DNA of 58,054 nucleotides from Acidimicrobiales bacterium (GTDB lineage Bacteria; Actinomycetota; Acidimicrobiia; Acidimicrobiales; SHLQ01), in contig SHLQ01000001.1 of assembly GCA_004282895.1 (NCBI GenBank), positions 1 through 58,054 on the forward strand. Reading direction: 5' to 3'. Every line of letters begins with the position of its first letter. Position 1 is the first letter of the stretch. Under the pieces are notes generated by a model. That model worked only from the letters and a program-made list of their open reading frames with translations. It was not told the DNA's origin and ran no database searches. The position numbers and the translations under genes were made by a program. Shown here piece by piece: positions 16,705 through 24,970 of this stretch.

Positions 16705-17915
16705 CCCAAACCGCGCACGAAGCTCCCCCCGATCCGGTGGACGACCACCGGTACGCCATCGAAGCCAGCCACGTCTCGAAACGATTCATGCTCGGTTCGC
16801 GGAGTACGAGCATCAAGGATCGCCTCACCGGCTTCTCGGATCGGTCACGGACCGAGTTCTGGGCGGTGCGCGACGTCTCCGTGGCGGTGGAGAAGGGCAG
16901 CATGTTGGGCGTCATTGGACGCAACGGCTCCGGAAAGTCAACCTTTCTCCGAACGCTCGGGGGGATCTATCGCCCCACCGAAGGTGAGGTGCGCATTCGT
17001 GGTCGTGTCACCGCACTGCTCGAGCTCGGCGCCGGTTTCCACCCCGAACTGACCGGCCGGGAGAACGCGTACATGAACGGCGCCGTCGTCGGATTGAGTC
17101 GGGACTACATGGATGACGTGATGGGGGCCATCGTCGAGATGGCCGACATCGGCACGTTCATCGATGCGCCGGTGGAGACCTACTCGAGCGGAATGAAGGC
17201 CCGTCTCGGGTTCGCCGTCTCGGTGCAGCTGCAACCGGAGGTGCTCCTCGCCGACGAGATCACCGCCGTTGGAGACATCACGTTCCGCGAACACGGCACT
17301 CGGCGGATGCAGGCGCTGCGGGAGAGCGGCGTCACGATCGTCCAGGTCTCCCACAGCCTCTCGATGTTGCAGGACACCTGCGATCAGGTCCTGTGGCTGC
17401 ATCAGGGTGAAATGATGGGCCTTGGTGATCCCGCAGAGGTCATCGCCGACTACATGGCCCACGCGGCCAGCGACACCCTGACGCAGGCCCGTTCCGCCGC
17501 AGCCGCGGAGGCGGTTCGGCCGGAGTTGATCTCCCGCATCGACGTTTCACCGGCGGACGGTCGGGCAGAGCCAACGGTCGGACACGGCCTGAGGCTGATG
17601 ATCGGCCTCGACGTTCCCGAGGAGCTCGTACGACCAAGCCTTCGGCTGCGGTTCATTCGGGGGAACGGTGCACCGACGCCCTATGGCATCACGTTCGCCG
17701 AGATGGGTGACACCTTTGTCGGAACGGCGGCGATCTCCGGCGAGGTACCGGAGCTGCCCCTGCTGAACGGCCGCTACCGCCTGGTGATCGAGTTGCTGTC
17801 CGACGGCGAGATCGTGTCGGTCAGAAAAGTCCCGCTCGACGTGAAGTCCCCACTACTGGACGGCGACCCGAACACCGGTTTCATCGAGCTTGAGTCCTCG
17901 TGGCTCCTATCCTGA
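16701..17915 (+). CDS. ABC exporter ATP-binding protein (Wzt/TagH-like) with C-terminal extension
   Basis: ATGA overlap with the permease gene. Walker A is GRNGSGKST, the signature is YSSGMKARLGF and Walker B is VLLADE. About 150 aa follow the ATPase core, resembling Wzt glycan-end-binding domains. Confidence 0.85.
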   Translation: MTQTAHEAPPDPVDDHRYAIEASHVSKRFMLGSRSTSIKDRLTGFSDRSRTEFWAVRDVSVAVEKGSMLGVIGRNGSGKSTFLRTLGGIYRPTEGEVRIRGRVTALLELGAGFHPELTGRENAYMNGAVVGLSRDYMDDVMGAIVEMADIGTFIDAPVETYSSGMKARLGFAVSVQLQPEVLLADEITAVGDITFREHGTRRMQALRESGVTIVQVSHSLSMLQDTCDQVLWLHQGEMMGLGDPAEVIADYMAHAASDTLTQARSAAAAEAVRPELISRIDVSPADGRAEPTVGHGLRLMIGLDVPEELVRPSLRLRFIRGNGAPTPYGITFAEMGDTFVGTAAISGEVPELPLLNGRYRLVIELLSDGEIVSVRKVPLDVKSPLLDGDPNTGFIELESSWLLS

Positions 17916-17953
17916 ACGAATCGTGAAACTCGAGTCCTCCGAAAGAGCTGAAC

Positions 17954-19177
17954 ATGGCTGATGTCGTTGTTGTAGGTGCCGGCATGGCCGGACTGGCCGC
18001 AGCGCTGACCGCGTACGAAAAGGGCCACGACGTTCTTGTCGTGGAGGCGTCGGATGCGGTCGGTGGCCGCGTGCGTACCGACGAGGTGGATGGCTACCTG
18101 CTGGATCGGGGGTTTCAGATCTTCCTGACCGCCTACCCGGTCGCCAAGCGCGTACTGGACTTCGATGCACTCGACCTACGGCGCTTCCAACCGGGCGCAC
18201 TCGTGCAGACCAACGGAGCCGCGGCGAAGCTGGGCGATCCGTTGCGCCGCTACGAGGACCTCGTGGAGACGGTGAAAGCACCGGTGGGTACACCGCTGGA
18301 CAAGATCCGGCTTCTTGCGTGGATGCGCAAAGTGCGATCCGGCACGGTGGACGATGTCTGGCGGGCGGGGGAGTGCACGACGGCTGTTCGGTTCGCCGAC
18401 CTGAAGTTCTCCGCCGACTTCATCGACACCTTCCTTCGGCCGCTGTTTGCGGGCATCACCCTCGATCCGGAGTTGGCCGTGACGAGCCGCTTCACCGAGT
18501 TCGTTTTCCGCATGTTGTCCGAGGGATACGGCGCCGTGCCCGCACGGGGCATGGGCCAGCTCGGGGCGCAGCTCGGCGCTCGTCTCCCGGAGGGGTCGAT
18601 CTGGCTGAACAGCCCGGCCGAGTCCGTGGAGGAACACGCGGTGACACTCGCTGGGGGAGAGACCATTGACGCTCGGGCGGTGATTGTCGCCACGGACATG
18701 GATCACGCCGCGGAGTTGGCCGGTACGGCCCAGCTGGGGTGGAACGGCGTGACCACGTGGTGGTTCTCCGCGGACGAGGCGCCCTATGACGAGCCGCTGT
18801 TGTTTCTCAATGGCACGGGCGCGGGAGTGGTCAACAACGTAGCCGTGCTCTCGAACGTCTCGCCGTTCTATGCGCCTGCCGGTAAGGCGCTCATCGCCGT
18901 GTCCTCTCCGGTGAACGTGGAGGGTGTCTCCGAATCGGACATCCGCGAAGAGTTGGCTGCCTGGTTTGGTGGTGGCGTCTCTTCGTGGGAGCTGCTTCGG
19001 GTTGATGACATCGGCCACGCCCAACCCCGCCACCTGCCCGGAGAGGCGCTGCCAGCGCCGGTGAAACTCGATTCCGGCCTCTGGGTTGCGGGGGACCATC
19101 GGATGAACCCGTCGATCAACGGGGCGCTGCAGTCGGGACGGGCGGCAGCACGCTCCGTGTTGTCATCACTTTCGTAA
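17954..19177 (+). CDS. FAD/NAD(P)-binding amine-oxidase/desaturase-like oxidoreductase
   Basis: N-terminal dinucleotide fold VVVVGAGMAGLAAALTAYEKGHDVLVVEASDAVGGR; 407 aa. Confidence 0.75.
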   Translation: MADVVVVGAGMAGLAAALTAYEKGHDVLVVEASDAVGGRVRTDEVDGYLLDRGFQIFLTAYPVAKRVLDFDALDLRRFQPGALVQTNGAAAKLGDPLRRYEDLVETVKAPVGTPLDKIRLLAWMRKVRSGTVDDVWRAGECTTAVRFADLKFSADFIDTFLRPLFAGITLDPELAVTSRFTEFVFRMLSEGYGAVPARGMGQLGAQLGARLPEGSIWLNSPAESVEEHAVTLAGGETIDARAVIVATDMDHAAELAGTAQLGWNGVTTWWFSADEAPYDEPLLFLNGTGAGVVNNVAVLSNVSPFYAPAGKALIAVSSPVNVEGVSESDIREELAAWFGGGVSSWELLRVDDIGHAQPRHLPGEALPAPVKLDSGLWVAGDHRMNPSINGALQSGRAAARSVLSSLS

Positions 19178-19480
19178 CGTTGCGCCGGGTGCCAACAGGC
19201 GCCGCCCACAGCCGAACCTCACATCGTGTTGTTCCTGTTGCCAATGTGGCAAATGTTGCCCCAGTTGACCGCTGTGGGTAGTGACGAGTGTGGCTCGGGC
19301 CACATCGCGAACCTGTCGGCCATGACCATGTCGCCGTAACACAATTGTAACAATCACCCAGCGTGAGCAAACCACCGCCATCACTACCAACGCCTCAACG
19401 CGCGCATGCTCAGGCCGGGATCATGACAGCAATGTAACAACCGCGTAGCGCGGTCGCCAGAAACGTGTCGAAAGCAAAGC

Positions 19481-19510
19481 TTGACGTAGGTGTAATTACA
19501 CCGCTGTAAT
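19481..19510 (+). promoter_or_regulatory. Candidate nrd promoter with a perfect 14-bp palindromic operator in the spacer
   Basis: TTGACG (19481-19486), an 18-nt spacer, then TGTAAT (19505-19510). The spacer contains GGTGTAATTACACC (19489-19502), a perfect palindrome. Confidence 0.4.
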
Positions 19511-19632
19511 AGCTAGTCCACCCGGAAGCGAACCTTCAACGATGCCTACCTACAGCGGTGAGTAGGGCAGCACCAGGCTCTCGATTCAGGGACGGACACC
19601 TTGGACCCCCCACCTACGTTGAGAGCGCACAC

Positions 19633-22092
19633 ATGACACTGACAGAAGACCGCGGAGCAACGCTGGTAGCAGCCAACGAAACATCGGCTGGTGCAACGAG
19701 CGTCGGCACCGGAATGCAGGTTCGCAAGCGCAACGGCAACCTCGAACCGGTGGATCTGAACAAGATCGTGAATGCGGTGGCCCGGTGCGCCGAAGGCCTG
19801 CTGAACGTCGATGCCATGCGTGTCGCCACTCGGACGATCTCCGCTCTGGCCGATGGTGCCACGACCCGCGAACTCGACGAGCTGTCGATTCGCACGGCCG
19901 CCGGATTCACCGTGGAGGAGCCGAACTACTCCAAGCTCGCCGCCCGCCTGCTCGCGACCTACATCGACAAAGAAGTCCGCAACCAGAACATCCCCTGGTT
20001 CTCCGAGTCGATACGCCACGGCCACGAAGTTGGTCTCGTCGGCGACGAGGTGCTCGCCTTCGTCGAGGCAAACGCTCCGGCACTCAACGCCGCCATCGAC
20101 AGTGATCGCGACCGCAAGTTCGAGTTCTTCGGTCTGCGCACGGTCTATGACCGGTACCTCCTTCGTCACCCCGAAACCCGCCAAGTCACCGAAACGCCGC
20201 AGTACTTCTTCCTGCGCGTCGCCTGTGGCCTCTCGAAGGACGCCGAGGAAGCCATCCGTTTCTACGAGCTCATGTCGTCGCTCGCCTATCTGCCGTCCAG
20301 CCCGACGTTGTTCAACTCTGGTACCCGCCACGCACAGATGTCGTCGTGTTACCTGCTCGACTCGCCCGAGGACAGCCTCGAAGGTATCTACAAGCGGTAC
20401 ATGGACATCGCCCGCCTGTCGAAGTTTGCCGGGGGCATTGGCGTGGCCTGGCACCGTATTCGCGCCAAGGGTTCGCTCATCCAAGGCACGAACGGCCTGT
20501 CCAACGGCATCGTTCCGTGGCTCAAGACGCTCGACTCCTCGGTGGCCGCCGTCAATCAGGGCGGTCGGCGCAAGGGTGCAGCGTGTATCTACCTCGAGTC
20601 GTGGCATGCCGACATCGAAGATTTCCTCGACCTCAAGGAGAACACCGGCGACCACCAGCGCCGCACCCACAATCTGAACATCGCCAACTGGGTTCCCGAC
20701 CTGTTCATGGAGCGGGTCGACAAGGACTGGCAATGGTCGCTGTTCGACCCCAAGAAGGTGCCGCACCTCACCGATCTGTACGGCGACGAGTTCCGCACTG
20801 CCTACGAAGAGGCAGAGTCGCAGGGCTTGTACGAGCGTCAGATCAACGCCCGTGACCTCTACAGCCGCATGATGCGCAGCCTCGCGCAGACCGGCAATGG
20901 CTGGATGACTTTCAAGGACGCCAGCAACAACAAGTGCAACCAGACCGGACAGGCCAGCGACGACGGCACCGCCAACGTGGTGCACCTCTCGAACCTGTGC
21001 ACCGAGATCATCGAGGTCACCAACGAGGACGAGACCGCAGTCTGCAACCTCGGCTCACTGAACCTGGGTGACTTCGTCGATGCCGAAACGAACGAGTTCA
21101 ACTTCGATAGCCTCGCCGAGGTGGTTCGGCTCGTCGTGCCATTCCTCGATCGGGTGGTCGACATCAACTTCTACCCGACCGAAGAAGCCGGCTACTCGAA
21201 CAACAAGTGGCGGCCCGTCGGCCTCGGCCTCATGGGTCTGCAGGATGTCTTCTTCAAGAAGAACCTGGCCTTCGACTCCGATGAAGCTCGGGCCCTGTCA
21301 GCTCGGATCTCCGAGGAGATCTACTTCAACGCTCTCATGGCGTCCACAGAGCTCGCCGAGGAGTTCGGTCCGCACGAGACCTTCGATCGCACCCGCGCCG
21401 CCTCCGGCGACCTGCAGTTCGATCTCTGGAACGTGGAACCATCCGACGTCGAGCGCTGGCAGACCGTGCGCGATCGTGTAGCGAAACATGGCCTGCGCAA
21501 CTCGTTGATGATTGCGATCGCTCCCACGGCGACGATCGCGTCGATCGCGGGCTGTTATGAGTGCATCGAGCCGCAGGTGTCCAACCTGTTCAAGCGCGAG
21601 ACGTTGTCCGGCGAGTTCCTCCAGATCAACCGCTACCTCGTCAAGGAACTCCAGTCCCGCGACCTGTGGGACGAGTCAATGATCAATGCCCTCAAGAAGT
21701 CCGAGGGCTCGATCCAGGACATCGACCGAATCCCCGACGACCTGAAGGTGATTTACCGCACCGCATGGGAACTGCCGATGCGTTCACTCATCGACATGGC
21801 TGCCGACCGCGGTGCGTTCATCGATCAGAGTCAGTCACTGAACCTGTTCATGGAATCGCCGAACATCGGCAAGCTCTCCTCCATGTACATGTATGCCTGG
21901 AAGGCCGGGCTCAAGACCACGTACTACCTGCGCTCGCGTCCTGCGACCCGCATCAACAAGACCACCACCACCAACACCACACCCACCGACGGCGGGCCGG
22001 GGCCCGACGGTGGCGAGACGAAGACATTCACCGACGCCGAGGCGCTTGCATGCTCACTGGAAAATCCTGAGCACTGCGAAGCCTGCGACTGA
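19633..22092 (+). CDS. nrdA: Class I ribonucleoside-diphosphate reductase, alpha subunit
   Basis: Start at ATG 19633 (alternative ATG at 19714; the track ORF opens at 19558). Conserved motifs include LPSSPTLFNSGT, SSCYLL and NLCTEI, with C-terminal cysteines NPEHCEAC. Confidence 0.9.
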   Translation: MTLTEDRGATLVAANETSAGATSVGTGMQVRKRNGNLEPVDLNKIVNAVARCAEGLLNVDAMRVATRTISALADGATTRELDELSIRTAAGFTVEEPNYSKLAARLLATYIDKEVRNQNIPWFSESIRHGHEVGLVGDEVLAFVEANAPALNAAIDSDRDRKFEFFGLRTVYDRYLLRHPETRQVTETPQYFFLRVACGLSKDAEEAIRFYELMSSLAYLPSSPTLFNSGTRHAQMSSCYLLDSPEDSLEGIYKRYMDIARLSKFAGGIGVAWHRIRAKGSLIQGTNGLSNGIVPWLKTLDSSVAAVNQGGRRKGAACIYLESWHADIEDFLDLKENTGDHQRRTHNLNIANWVPDLFMERVDKDWQWSLFDPKKVPHLTDLYGDEFRTAYEEAESQGLYERQINARDLYSRMMRSLAQTGNGWMTFKDASNNKCNQTGQASDDGTANVVHLSNLCTEIIEVTNEDETAVCNLGSLNLGDFVDAETNEFNFDSLAEVVRLVVPFLDRVVDINFYPTEEAGYSNNKWRPVGLGLMGLQDVFFKKNLAFDSDEARALSARISEEIYFNALMASTELAEEFGPHETFDRTRAASGDLQFDLWNVEPSDVERWQTVRDRVAKHGLRNSLMIAIAPTATIASIAGCYECIEPQVSNLFKRETLSGEFLQINRYLVKELQSRDLWDESMINALKKSEGSIQDIDRIPDDLKVIYRTAWELPMRSLIDMAADRGAFIDQSQSLNLFMESPNIGKLSSMYMYAWKAGLKTTYYLRSRPATRINKTTTTNTTPTDGGPGPDGGETKTFTDAEALACSLENPEHCEACD

Positions 22093-22139
22093 CCTGAAAC
22101 CGCCACCCCTAACCCCAAACCACACAGAAAGCACCACTC

Positions 22140-23222
22140 ATGGCTCTAGTTGACGACGCGCTGCACGGCTTCGAAGAGGAACCGGCTCCGACCGGTGCCC
22201 CCAAGTCGAACAGTCGCCAGCACAACATCCTTGACCCGGGGTTCGACCTCACGCTGCGCCCGATGCGATACCCGGTGTTCTACGGGATGTACCAGGACGC
22301 CATCAAGAACACCTGGACGGTCGACGAGATCGACTTCTCCGACGACTTGGTCGACCTCGAGCGCAAGCTCATGCCGGCCGAGCGTCATCTCGTGCAGCGC
22401 CTGGTCGCGTTCTTCGCGACCGGTGACTCGATCGTTGCCAACAACCTGGTGCTCAACCTGTACCAGCACATCAACGCCCCAGAAGCGCGTATGTACCTCT
22501 CGCGACAGCTCTACGAAGAGGCGCTGCACGTGCAGTTCTACCTGACACTTCTCGACAACTACATCCCGGATCACGATCAGCGGGCCGAAGCGTTCACCGC
22601 GGTCGAGACGATCCCGTCGATCAAACAAAAGGCCGAGTTCTGCTTCAAGTGGATGAACTCGATCGATCACATCGATCAGCTCGAGACCAAGGAACAACGC
22701 AAAGAATTCCTGCTCAACCTGATCTGCTTCGCCACCTGCATCGAAGGACTCTTCTTCTTCGCCGCCTTCGCCTATGTGTACTTCCTGCGGTCGAAGGGCC
22801 TGCTCAACGGGCTGGCCGCTGGCACCAACTGGGTGTTCCGCGACGAAAGCGCCCACATGAACTTCGCGCTCGAGGTCGTCAACACGGTCCGTGCCGAAGA
22901 GCCGGACCTCTTCGACGCCGATCTCGGGGAACGAATAACCGAGATGATCGATGAGGCAATCGAGTGCGAATACCAGTTCGCCGCCGACGTCCTCTCCGAA
23001 GGTGTCCAGGGCATGAGCCTTGCCGACACGAAGATCTACCTGCAGTTCGTGGCCGACCAGCGACTCCGCCAGCTCGGCCTCCCCGCGCAGTACCACGTCA
23101 AGAACCCGTTTGACTTCATGGAACTGCAGGACGTGCAGGAACTCACCAACTTCTTCGAGCGCACTGTGTCGGCCTACCAGGTCGGCGTCGAAGGCGACGT
23201 CAGCTTCGACGAAGAGTTCTGA
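22140..23222 (+). CDS. nrdB: Class I ribonucleoside-diphosphate reductase, beta subunit (tyrosyl-radical type)
   Basis: Metal ligands are FFATGDSIV and YEEALHVQFY, with Tyr at His+4 as in E. coli Y122. The second motifs are CIEGLFFF and RDESAHM. Confidence 0.9.
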   Translation: MALVDDALHGFEEEPAPTGAPKSNSRQHNILDPGFDLTLRPMRYPVFYGMYQDAIKNTWTVDEIDFSDDLVDLERKLMPAERHLVQRLVAFFATGDSIVANNLVLNLYQHINAPEARMYLSRQLYEEALHVQFYLTLLDNYIPDHDQRAEAFTAVETIPSIKQKAEFCFKWMNSIDHIDQLETKEQRKEFLLNLICFATCIEGLFFFAAFAYVYFLRSKGLLNGLAAGTNWVFRDESAHMNFALEVVNTVRAEEPDLFDADLGERITEMIDEAIECEYQFAADVLSEGVQGMSLADTKIYLQFVADQRLRQLGLPAQYHVKNPFDFMELQDVQELTNFFERTVSAYQVGVEGDVSFDEEF

Positions 23223-23235
23223 GTTTTCGCCGCGG

Positions 23236-23270
23236 GGCCGGAGCCGTCGCCTTTGGCTCCTTGACCGGCC
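23236..23270 (+). terminator. GC-rich nested stem-loop immediately after nrdB (candidate terminator without a U-tract)
   Basis: GGCCGGAGCC-gtcgccttt-GGCTCC-ttga-CCGGCC lies 14 nt after the nrdB stop. Confidence 0.4.
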
Positions 23271-23285
23271 TGCGGAACGCAAGCG

Positions 23286-23394
23286 CCTTTCCGTTCGACC
23301 GGCGAAGCCGGATCGAACTACCGACGGCTCCTCGATGCTCGGCGGTTGCCTGGCGGCCTTTTCGTTCGAACCGGCTGCGCAGCTTCGAACTACC
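23286..23394. repeat. Two copies of an approximately 37-nt hairpin-containing element with 71-nt period
   Basis: Copy 1 (23286-23322) is CCTTTCCGTTCGACCGGCGAAGCCGGATCGAACTACC. Copy 2 (23357-23394) is CCTTTTCGTTCGAACCGGCTGCGCAGCTTCGAACTACC. Each has GTTCGA...TCGAAC arms. Confidence 0.6.
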
Positions 23395-24255
23395 TGCCGT
23401 TCGCTGTCGTACACTTTTTGTATCAGTGACCGAGATACTCCGACCGTTATCGTTGCCCGCACGGCGCGCCGTGGGCGTGAGCGCGACTTCGAACGCTGGC
23501 TACGTCAGATAACCGACATCGCAGCTCGCCAGCCTGGACACATCGGCAGCGACATTCAGTCGCCGGGCCCCCAACACCCCGACGAGTGGACGATCATCTA
23601 TCAATTCGCCGACCAGCGTCTCCTCGACAAGTGGATCGACTCGCCCGTACGGGCGCAGCTCCTCGCCGAGGGTGTCCTCCTGACGGAGGGCGAAGCGAGG
23701 GTTCAACACCTGGCGATGGGTAGCGGTGATGACCCGGTCACCGCAGTTGCATCATTCCGGATCCTGCCAGGACACGAAGACGCGTTCGAGAAGGGGTATG
23801 AAAGCCTCATCGATGTACTCGAGACGTATGAGGGGTTCCTGCGGGCTCAACTGTTCCCCCCGGTTGAGGGAGTACAGGACGAGACGGTCATTGTCTTCTC
23901 GTTCCAGTCACGCGAAGAACTCGACGTCTGGCTTCGATCCGACGAGCGAAGGATCAGCCTCAACAAGCTGGATGAGCACATGGATGGAGAGCGGCAGGTC
24001 AACGTCGTGGGTGGATTCGGTGGCTGGTTCAGTGTGGGTCAACGTCAGGTCAAGACATGGAAACAAGCCGCGGTCGTCTTGGTGGCGCTGTACCCCGTTG
24101 TGCTTCTGCTCAACGAGGCGCTTGCGCTGATTCTCCCCGATGACGTGCCATACGCGCTGGAAGTCCTGATCGGGTTGGTCGCGAGCGTCTCCCTGCTCAG
24201 CTGGCTGCTCATGCCACGTCTGACGAAGCTCCTGGATGGTTGGCTTCGCCGCTGA
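23335..24255 (+). CDS. Tandem ABM (antibiotic-biosynthesis-monooxygenase-like, ferredoxin-fold) domain protein with C-terminal membrane anchor
   Basis: ATG 23335 is the only canonical in-frame start downstream of the nrdB stop and upstream of the first domain. There are two repeats of an alpha+beta barrel-like pattern (VIVARTARRGRERDFERWL... and VASFRILPGHEDAFEKGY...). The tail WKQAAVVLVALYPVVLLLNE...LLSWLLMPRLTKLLDGWL has 2 TM segments. The start is uncertain because it lies between the two repeat copies. Confidence 0.55.
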   Translation: MLGGCLAAFSFEPAAQLRTTCRSLSYTFCISDRDTPTVIVARTARRGRERDFERWLRQITDIAARQPGHIGSDIQSPGPQHPDEWTIIYQFADQRLLDKWIDSPVRAQLLAEGVLLTEGEARVQHLAMGSGDDPVTAVASFRILPGHEDAFEKGYESLIDVLETYEGFLRAQLFPPVEGVQDETVIVFSFQSREELDVWLRSDERRISLNKLDEHMDGERQVNVVGGFGGWFSVGQRQVKTWKQAAVVLVALYPVVLLLNEALALILPDDVPYALEVLIGLVASVSLLSWLLMPRLTKLLDGWLRR

Positions 24256-24266
24256 GTATCTGGAGA

Positions 24267-24578
24267 ATGGGGAGTATGGGTGAGTACGTGGTTCGGGCGG
24301 AGGTCGGAGCGTTTCCCGTGTGGACGGTTGGCGGCGACAACGTTGTTCCTGACTCGTTGCCGTTGAGTCAGCGGGTACTCACGGCGATGCAGGACTGGAC
24401 CTCGTTCTTTGACGACGTCGGAGGAGCGATCAGCGACCCGGAGGTGCTGGACGAGTTCGTCTCCCAGGGCTTCAAGATCGCCCATGCGATGCGCAGAGAA
24501 CTCAAAGGTGCCACGGTGCATCTGGATCATCCCGTGACCGCAGAACGCACCGAGATCGTCCTGAGAGCTCCGAAGTAG
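24267..24578 (+). CDS. Hypothetical small protein (about 100 aa)
   Basis: The ORF has high third-position GC. ATG at 24267 or 24276 follows GGAGA. I recognise no family. Confidence 0.45.
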   Translation: MGSMGEYVVRAEVGAFPVWTVGGDNVVPDSLPLSQRVLTAMQDWTSFFDDVGGAISDPEVLDEFVSQGFKIAHAMRRELKGATVHLDHPVTAERTEIVLRAPK

Positions 24579-24615
24579 GCCAAACGACTCATACACAGCC
24601 CCATCCGGCCGATGG

Positions 24616-24858
24616 GTGCCCATGTTCTCCCAGATGGCGGCGCAATCACTCAAATCGGCCTGTCGACGACACGCGCGGCGTGCGGCCCTGTGGGTCGTGA
24701 ATCTCACCGAGGACGACGAATCTGTCGGCCTGGACGAGACCATCGATCTCACCGCATCCATCGACGCGGCCCATGAGGTCGATCTCGATCGCCGCTTTGA
24801 CAGCTATCTGAATCTCGATCTCGAAGACGACGTCAGCCGGTCCTGGTTCACCGCCTAG
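24616..24858 (+). CDS. Hypothetical small acidic protein (about 80 aa)
   Basis: GTG-initiated ORF with an Asp/Glu-rich C-terminal half (LTEDDESVGLDETIDL...LDLEDDV). No recognisable family; coding status is uncertain. Confidence 0.3.
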   Translation: MPMFSQMAAQSLKSACRRHARRAALWVVNLTEDDESVGLDETIDLTASIDAAHEVDLDRRFDSYLNLDLEDDVSRSWFTA

Positions 24859-24871
24859 GCCGGTTCACATC

Positions 24872-24970
24872 AAAAAGGGGTCTGACCCCTTTTTGGCGAA
24901 AGGGGTCAGACCCCCTTGCGGATTTCGTTGGAAAACCAAGGGTTTGCTGCGAAAGGGGTCAGACCCCTTT
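24872..24970. repeat. Three copies of a palindromic element AAAGGGGTCWGACCCCTTT between convergent genes; copy 1 looks like a bidirectional intrinsic terminator
   Basis: Copy 1 (24872-24894) is AAAAAGGGGTCTGACCCCTTTTT, a perfect 23-nt palindrome. Copy 2 (24899-24917) is AAAGGGGTCAGACCCCCTT. Copy 3 (24952-24970) is AAAGGGGTCAGACCCCTTT, a perfect palindrome whose central TCA is the MFS stop codon. Confidence 0.8.

Noticed and set aside
19178-19632. A cobalamin riboswitch or canonical NrdR boxes might lie upstream of nrdAB.
   Set aside because: I could find no B12-box-like GCCACUG/AGYCMGG core. The palindrome GGTGTAATTACACC does not match the NrdR box consensus as I remember it (ACAC...GTGT half-site order). 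It is kept only as an unassigned operator candidate pending an Rfam or motif scan.
23290-23390. TTCGAAC-containing hairpins could be part of a tRNA (T-arm-like GTTCGAA).
   Set aside because: No acceptor-stem, D-arm or anticodon-arm arrangement can be built around either copy. The elements are 37-nt hairpins repeated in tandem.
19546-23462. Minus-strand ORFs of 479 aa (19546-20985) and 438 aa (22146-23462) lie opposite nrdA and nrdB.
   Set aside because: The plus-strand genes are unambiguous ribonucleotide reductase subunits, and the antisense translations lack any family signature.
24045-24761. A 238-aa minus-strand ORF spans the small-ORF region and the 3' end of the ABM-domain gene.
   Set aside because: It has Arg/Ser-rich composition and overlaps the conserved C-terminal membrane segment of the ABM-domain gene on the other strand, so it is judged spurious. 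This leaves the two small plus-strand ORFs as low-confidence calls.
24872-24970. The repeat cluster could be a miniature CRISPR array.
   Set aside because: There are only three copies. The units are self-palindromic and 19-23 nt long, the spacings are unequal (25 and 53 nt), and one copy is inside a coding region. No cas genes are in the window.
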